Origin: an uncultured Candidatus Saccharibacteria bacterium
GTDB lineage: Bacteria; Patescibacteriota; Minisyncoccia; UBA6257; 02-FULL-45-10c
Assembly: GCA_964355085.1 (NCBI GenBank)
Contig: CAYHBW010000021.1
Coordinates: 1 to 16,587, forward strand
Direction of reading: 5' to 3'
DNA: 16,587 bases
In this document: in pieces, positions 14,841-16,587 of the stretch
Numbering within the stretch: position 1 is the stretch's first letter
How the letters are laid out: every line of letters starts with the position of its first letter
The notes under the pieces: model-generated
The model's database searches: none
What the model saw: the letters and a program-made list of their open reading frames with translations, nothing else
What the model was told of the DNA's origin: nothing
Position numbers and translations under genes: made by a program

Positions 14841-14928
14841 GTCATTCCGCACTTGCTTGCCCGCCGAAGCTTTAGCGAAGGAGGGGAATCCAGTGTCTTC
14901 GTCATCCTGAATGAAATGAAGGATCTCG
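14841..14928. repeat. Array B: two palindromic units (gtc-ATTCC...GGAAT-ccag, 53 nt; gtc-ATCCT-gaatgaaatga-AGGAT-ctcg, 28 nt), followed by T8
   Basis: Same family as the units at 15496-15654. The second unit plus the T-run can act as a terminator for the S4 gene. Confidence 0.6.
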
Positions 14929-15000
14929 GTTTTTTTTCCGCCGGAGGCGGATCCTTCTCCGAAGGAAAAATTGAGCCTTTAAAATTTGAATTTGCGCCCC

Positions 15001-15035
15001 CTACTAGCTTCTAGATACTAGTTTCTAGCTACTAT
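15001..15035. repeat. Five tandem heptamers NNNCTAG (ctactag cttctag atactag tttctag ctactat)
   Basis: Seen directly. Ends about 10 nt upstream of the csp -35 box. Confidence 0.7.
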
Positions 15036-15044
15036 TCCTGCCTC

Positions 15045-15073
15045 TTGACAAACGGCGTTATGTATGATATATT
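15045..15073 (+). promoter_or_regulatory. Sigma70 promoter with extended -10: TTGACA, 17 nt, TGaTATATT
   Basis: Perfect -35 hexamer, 17-nt spacer, TG-extended -10. Followed by a 5' UTR of about 65 nt before the csp ATG, consistent with the long leaders of cold-shock genes. Confidence 0.65.
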
Positions 15074-15143
15074 AAATAGACGATATAGGATAGAACACGA
15101 AAATCTAGTCGAATTTATCGCAAAAAACTCATCATAAAAACAT

Positions 15144-15341
15144 ATGAACGGAACAATTAAAACTCTTACTCCTCGTGGATTCGGATTCATCTCTCGCGAA
15201 GGCGAGGCGAAGGATCTCTTTTTCCACTCCAAGGATTTGTCTGGCGTAGCTTTTGACGATTTGAAGGTAGGCGACAACGTCTCCTTTGAAGTCGTACAGA
15301 CTGAAAAAGGCGCAGCCGCGACAAACGTAACACGCGCATAA
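15144..15341 (+). CDS. Cold-shock protein (CspA family, cold-shock DNA-binding domain)
   Basis: 65 aa. RNP1-like GFGFI and RNP2-like DLFFH. Overall match to CspA (GxxK...GFGFI...DxFxHxS...L.EGQ.V.F....KG..A.NV). Confidence 0.9.
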   Translation: MNGTIKTLTPRGFGFISREGEAKDLFFHSKDLSGVAFDDLKVGDNVSFEVVQTEKGAAATNVTRA

Positions 15342-15353
15342 GCCGTGTACAAC

Positions 15354-15384
15354 AAAACAGCCCGAAAGGGCTGTTTTGTTTTTC
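15354..15384 (+). terminator. Rho-independent terminator
   Basis: AACAGCCC-gaaa-GGGCTGTT followed by TTGTTTTTC. Confidence 0.75.
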
Positions 15385-15495
15385 GCCCAAGTATTCAGAC
15401 ACGGCTTGACCGGTCTGTACTTGGAACAGCCTGTCCGCCTACGGCGGAAATCCCCCGAAGTGGGGATGGTCCTATTGTCTCCCGCCCGCGCATCT

Positions 15496-15654
15496 GTCAT
15501 TCCGCACTTGCTTGCCCGCCGAAGCTTTAGCGAAGGAGGGATCCGGAATCCAGGGCCATCGTCATTGCGAGTGAAGCGCGGCAATCTCGTTGTCATCCCG
15601 GCCGCCGCGCCGGGATCCAGTATCTTCGTCATCCTGAACGAAGTGAAGGATCTG
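15496..15654. repeat. Array D: four tandem palindromic units
   Basis: Four tandem units with the same GTCAT-stem ... stem'-ATC frame but different stems and loops: 15496-15553, 15561-15589, 15592-15620, 15628-15654. Full unit sequences are listed in the covariation finding. Confidence 0.65.
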
Positions 15655-15742
15655 CATCCCATTTATAATTTAACCTTAAAAATTTGAATTTATTTCCTCA
15701 TTAGTTTATTCTTTTCCTAGAACCTCATGCAAAGGAATTGAA

Positions 15743-15925
15743 ATGGCGAAACAGCCGTCCGAAGAAATCCGCAAACTGGTTTGCAAGGGTTGTAAAAGTG
15801 AAATCGACGAAGTCGGATGCATCACCGGATGCGAGTACGATAACGGTCAGCGCCCGCCGGAATCAATGGAGTTCAATGTGTATATCCTTGCCTGGACAGA
15901 ACCCTACGAGCCCAGGAAAAAGTAG
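15743..15925 (+). CDS. Small Cys4 (zinc-ribbon-like) protein, 60 aa
   Basis: CKGC-x9-C-x3-C arrangement. AAGGA 7 nt upstream. A terminator follows immediately after the stop. The longer overlapping track ORF (15738-16076) would read through that terminator and the repeats. Confidence 0.5.
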   Translation: MAKQPSEEIRKLVCKGCKSEIDEVGCITGCEYDNGQRPPESMEFNVYILAWTEPYEPRKK

Positions 15926-15930
15926 CAGAT

Positions 15931-15962
15931 CCATCCGACCCCAAAGGTCGGATTTTATTTTA
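15931..15962 (+). terminator. Rho-independent terminator
   Basis: ATCCGACC-ccaaa-GGTCGGAT followed by TTTATTTTA. Confidence 0.75.
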
Positions 15963-15968
15963 CACGTT

Positions 15969-16090
15969 GTCATTCTGAGTGAAACGAAGAATCTCGTTGT
16001 CATCCCGCTTCATATTTATTCCCTGAGTGCAGTTTTACCCGCCTCAGGCGGGCGAAGGGCTATGTCATTCCCGTGAAGACGGGAATCCAG
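15969..16090. repeat. Array E: palindromic units (15969-15996 gtc-ATTCT-gagtgaaacga-AGAAT-ctcg; a degenerate unit starting about 15999; 16064-16090 gtc-ATTCCCG-tgaaga-CGGGAAT-ccag) plus hairpin CCCGCC-tca-GGCGGG
   Basis: Same family as arrays A, B and D. Confidence 0.6.
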
Positions 16091-16128
16091 AGACTTATTC
16101 ACCTCGCCAAGTGTTACTGAAAAAAATC

Positions 16129-16233
16129 CATGTACGAAGAGGTTAAGGAAAAATCTAAGGCCGAAGCTGAAGAGCTCCAGGATCTTATGTATGAAACAGG
16201 TCTGGACGCAGACGAGGCGTACGAACTTCAGTA
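16129..16233 (+). CDS. Possible 34-aa acidic peptide (MYEEVKEKSKAEAEELQDLMYETGLDADEAYELQ)
   Basis: Short ORF below the track threshold. No SD. Strongly helical, acidic composition. Speculative. Confidence 0.2.
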
Positions 16234-16252
16234 GGAACTCTAATATCCCGAC

Positions 16253-16288
16253 ACGACATACCAACATACTCAAGTATGTTAGTATGTC
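16253..16288. promoter_or_regulatory. 36-bp near-perfect palindrome (16-bp arms with 1 mismatch, loop tcaa) 16 nt upstream of the next gene
   Basis: cgacataccaacatac-tcaa-gtatgttagtatgtcg. No flanking T-run on either strand, so an operator or RNA structure is more likely than a terminator. Confidence 0.5.
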
Positions 16289-16303
16289 GATAAAGTAAAA
16301 ATT

Positions 16304-16587
16304 ATGTCTAAGGACAAAATTGTTTTAGTCGGTGTTCTGAAAAATAAGCGGGATCTGGAAATTCTTCTGACAAAGCATTGGTATCGCATTCCGGTCCGCT
16401 ATTTGCCCAAGAAAAAATTTGATTATCTCGCTTTCTACCAGCCGGCGATTTTCGGACGGAAGGGCGGCCGTATCTCGTATTATGCCCGGGTGATCCGCCG
16501 GAAAGTGCAGAGAAGGGCGGATCTGCTTCCCGAGGAGCGGCGGCACTTGCGCGCCGGCGAGGATTATTTGAAGTGTGAAGTTGCTGA
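16304..16587 (+). CDS. Hypothetical protein, 3'-truncated by the window end (at least 94 aa)
   Basis: An open frame from the ATG at 16304 runs off the window (MSKDKIVLVGVLKNKRDLEILLTKHWYRIPVRYLPKKKFDYLAFYQPAIFGRKGGRISYYARVIRRKVQRRADLLPEERRHLRAGEDYLKCEVA...). Absent from the track, probably because no stop lies within the window. A basic Arg/Lys-rich segment. Confidence 0.5.
   Translation, partial: MSKDKIVLVGVLKNKRDLEILLTKHWYRIPVRYLPKKKFDYLAFYQPAIFGRKGGRISYYARVIRRKVQRRADLLPEERRHLRAGEDYLKCEVA

Noticed and set aside
15496-15654. Possibility that the tandem repeat arrays are CRISPR arrays
   Set aside because: The units are not identical: stems differ between copies. Units are 27-58 nt, separated by only 2-7 nt, and no spacers or leader are present.
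15132-15662. Minus-strand 176-aa ORF spanning csp and repeat array D
   Set aside because: Runs antisense through the csp gene and its terminator and is read out of palindromic repeats. Composition typical of repeat-derived pseudo-ORFs.
15738-16076. 112-aa plus-strand ORF overlapping the 60-aa Cys4 ORF in another frame
   Set aside because: Reads through a strong terminator and into repeat array E. The 60-aa frame has an RBS, a Cys4 motif and a terminator.

Overview
Bacterial chromosomal window of about 16.6 kb with moderate GC and mostly plus-strand genes. Shine-Dalgarno motifs are nearly absent, and several genes look leaderless, with a TGnTATAAT extended -10 box only 6-7 nt before the ATG.

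Gene content, in order: an intact tRNA-Thr(CGT); a release factor 2 gene (SPF and GGQ motifs intact) that is missing the entire N-terminal domain 1; ftsE and ftsX; a convergent gene for a membrane-anchored coiled-coil protein with an HtrA-like S1C serine protease domain; an AI-2E family transporter; a DUF948/YtxH-like gene pair; small membrane proteins; a PNPOx-like protein; a single-domain response regulator; two HAD hydrolases; tRNA-Gln(TTG) on the minus strand, surrounded by degenerate tRNA-derived fragments and a repeated 27-nt hairpin insert; MazG-like, cupin and Bcp peroxiredoxin genes; a compositionally foreign flotillin-like SPFH gene (high GC, strong SD, strong terminator); and a saccharopine-dehydrogenase-family gene.

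The 3' third of the window (about 14.5-16.3 kb) is the most unusual part. Small genes sit there among structured repeats: an S4-domain-only protein, a cold-shock protein with a textbook extended -10 promoter, a Cys4 mini-protein and a possible acidic peptide. The repeats include a family of short palindromic units (GTCAT-stem-loop-stem-ATC..G) in which different copies carry different but still complementary stem arms, several tandem arrays of them, about 150-bp direct-repeat blocks flanking the csp gene, an (AACT)6 microsatellite that puts stop codons in all frames just before a start codon, CTAG-containing heptamer repeats, and long perfect palindromes.

Manually derived coordinates can be off by about 1 nt. 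ORF-track coordinates were used wherever a track ORF was adopted.
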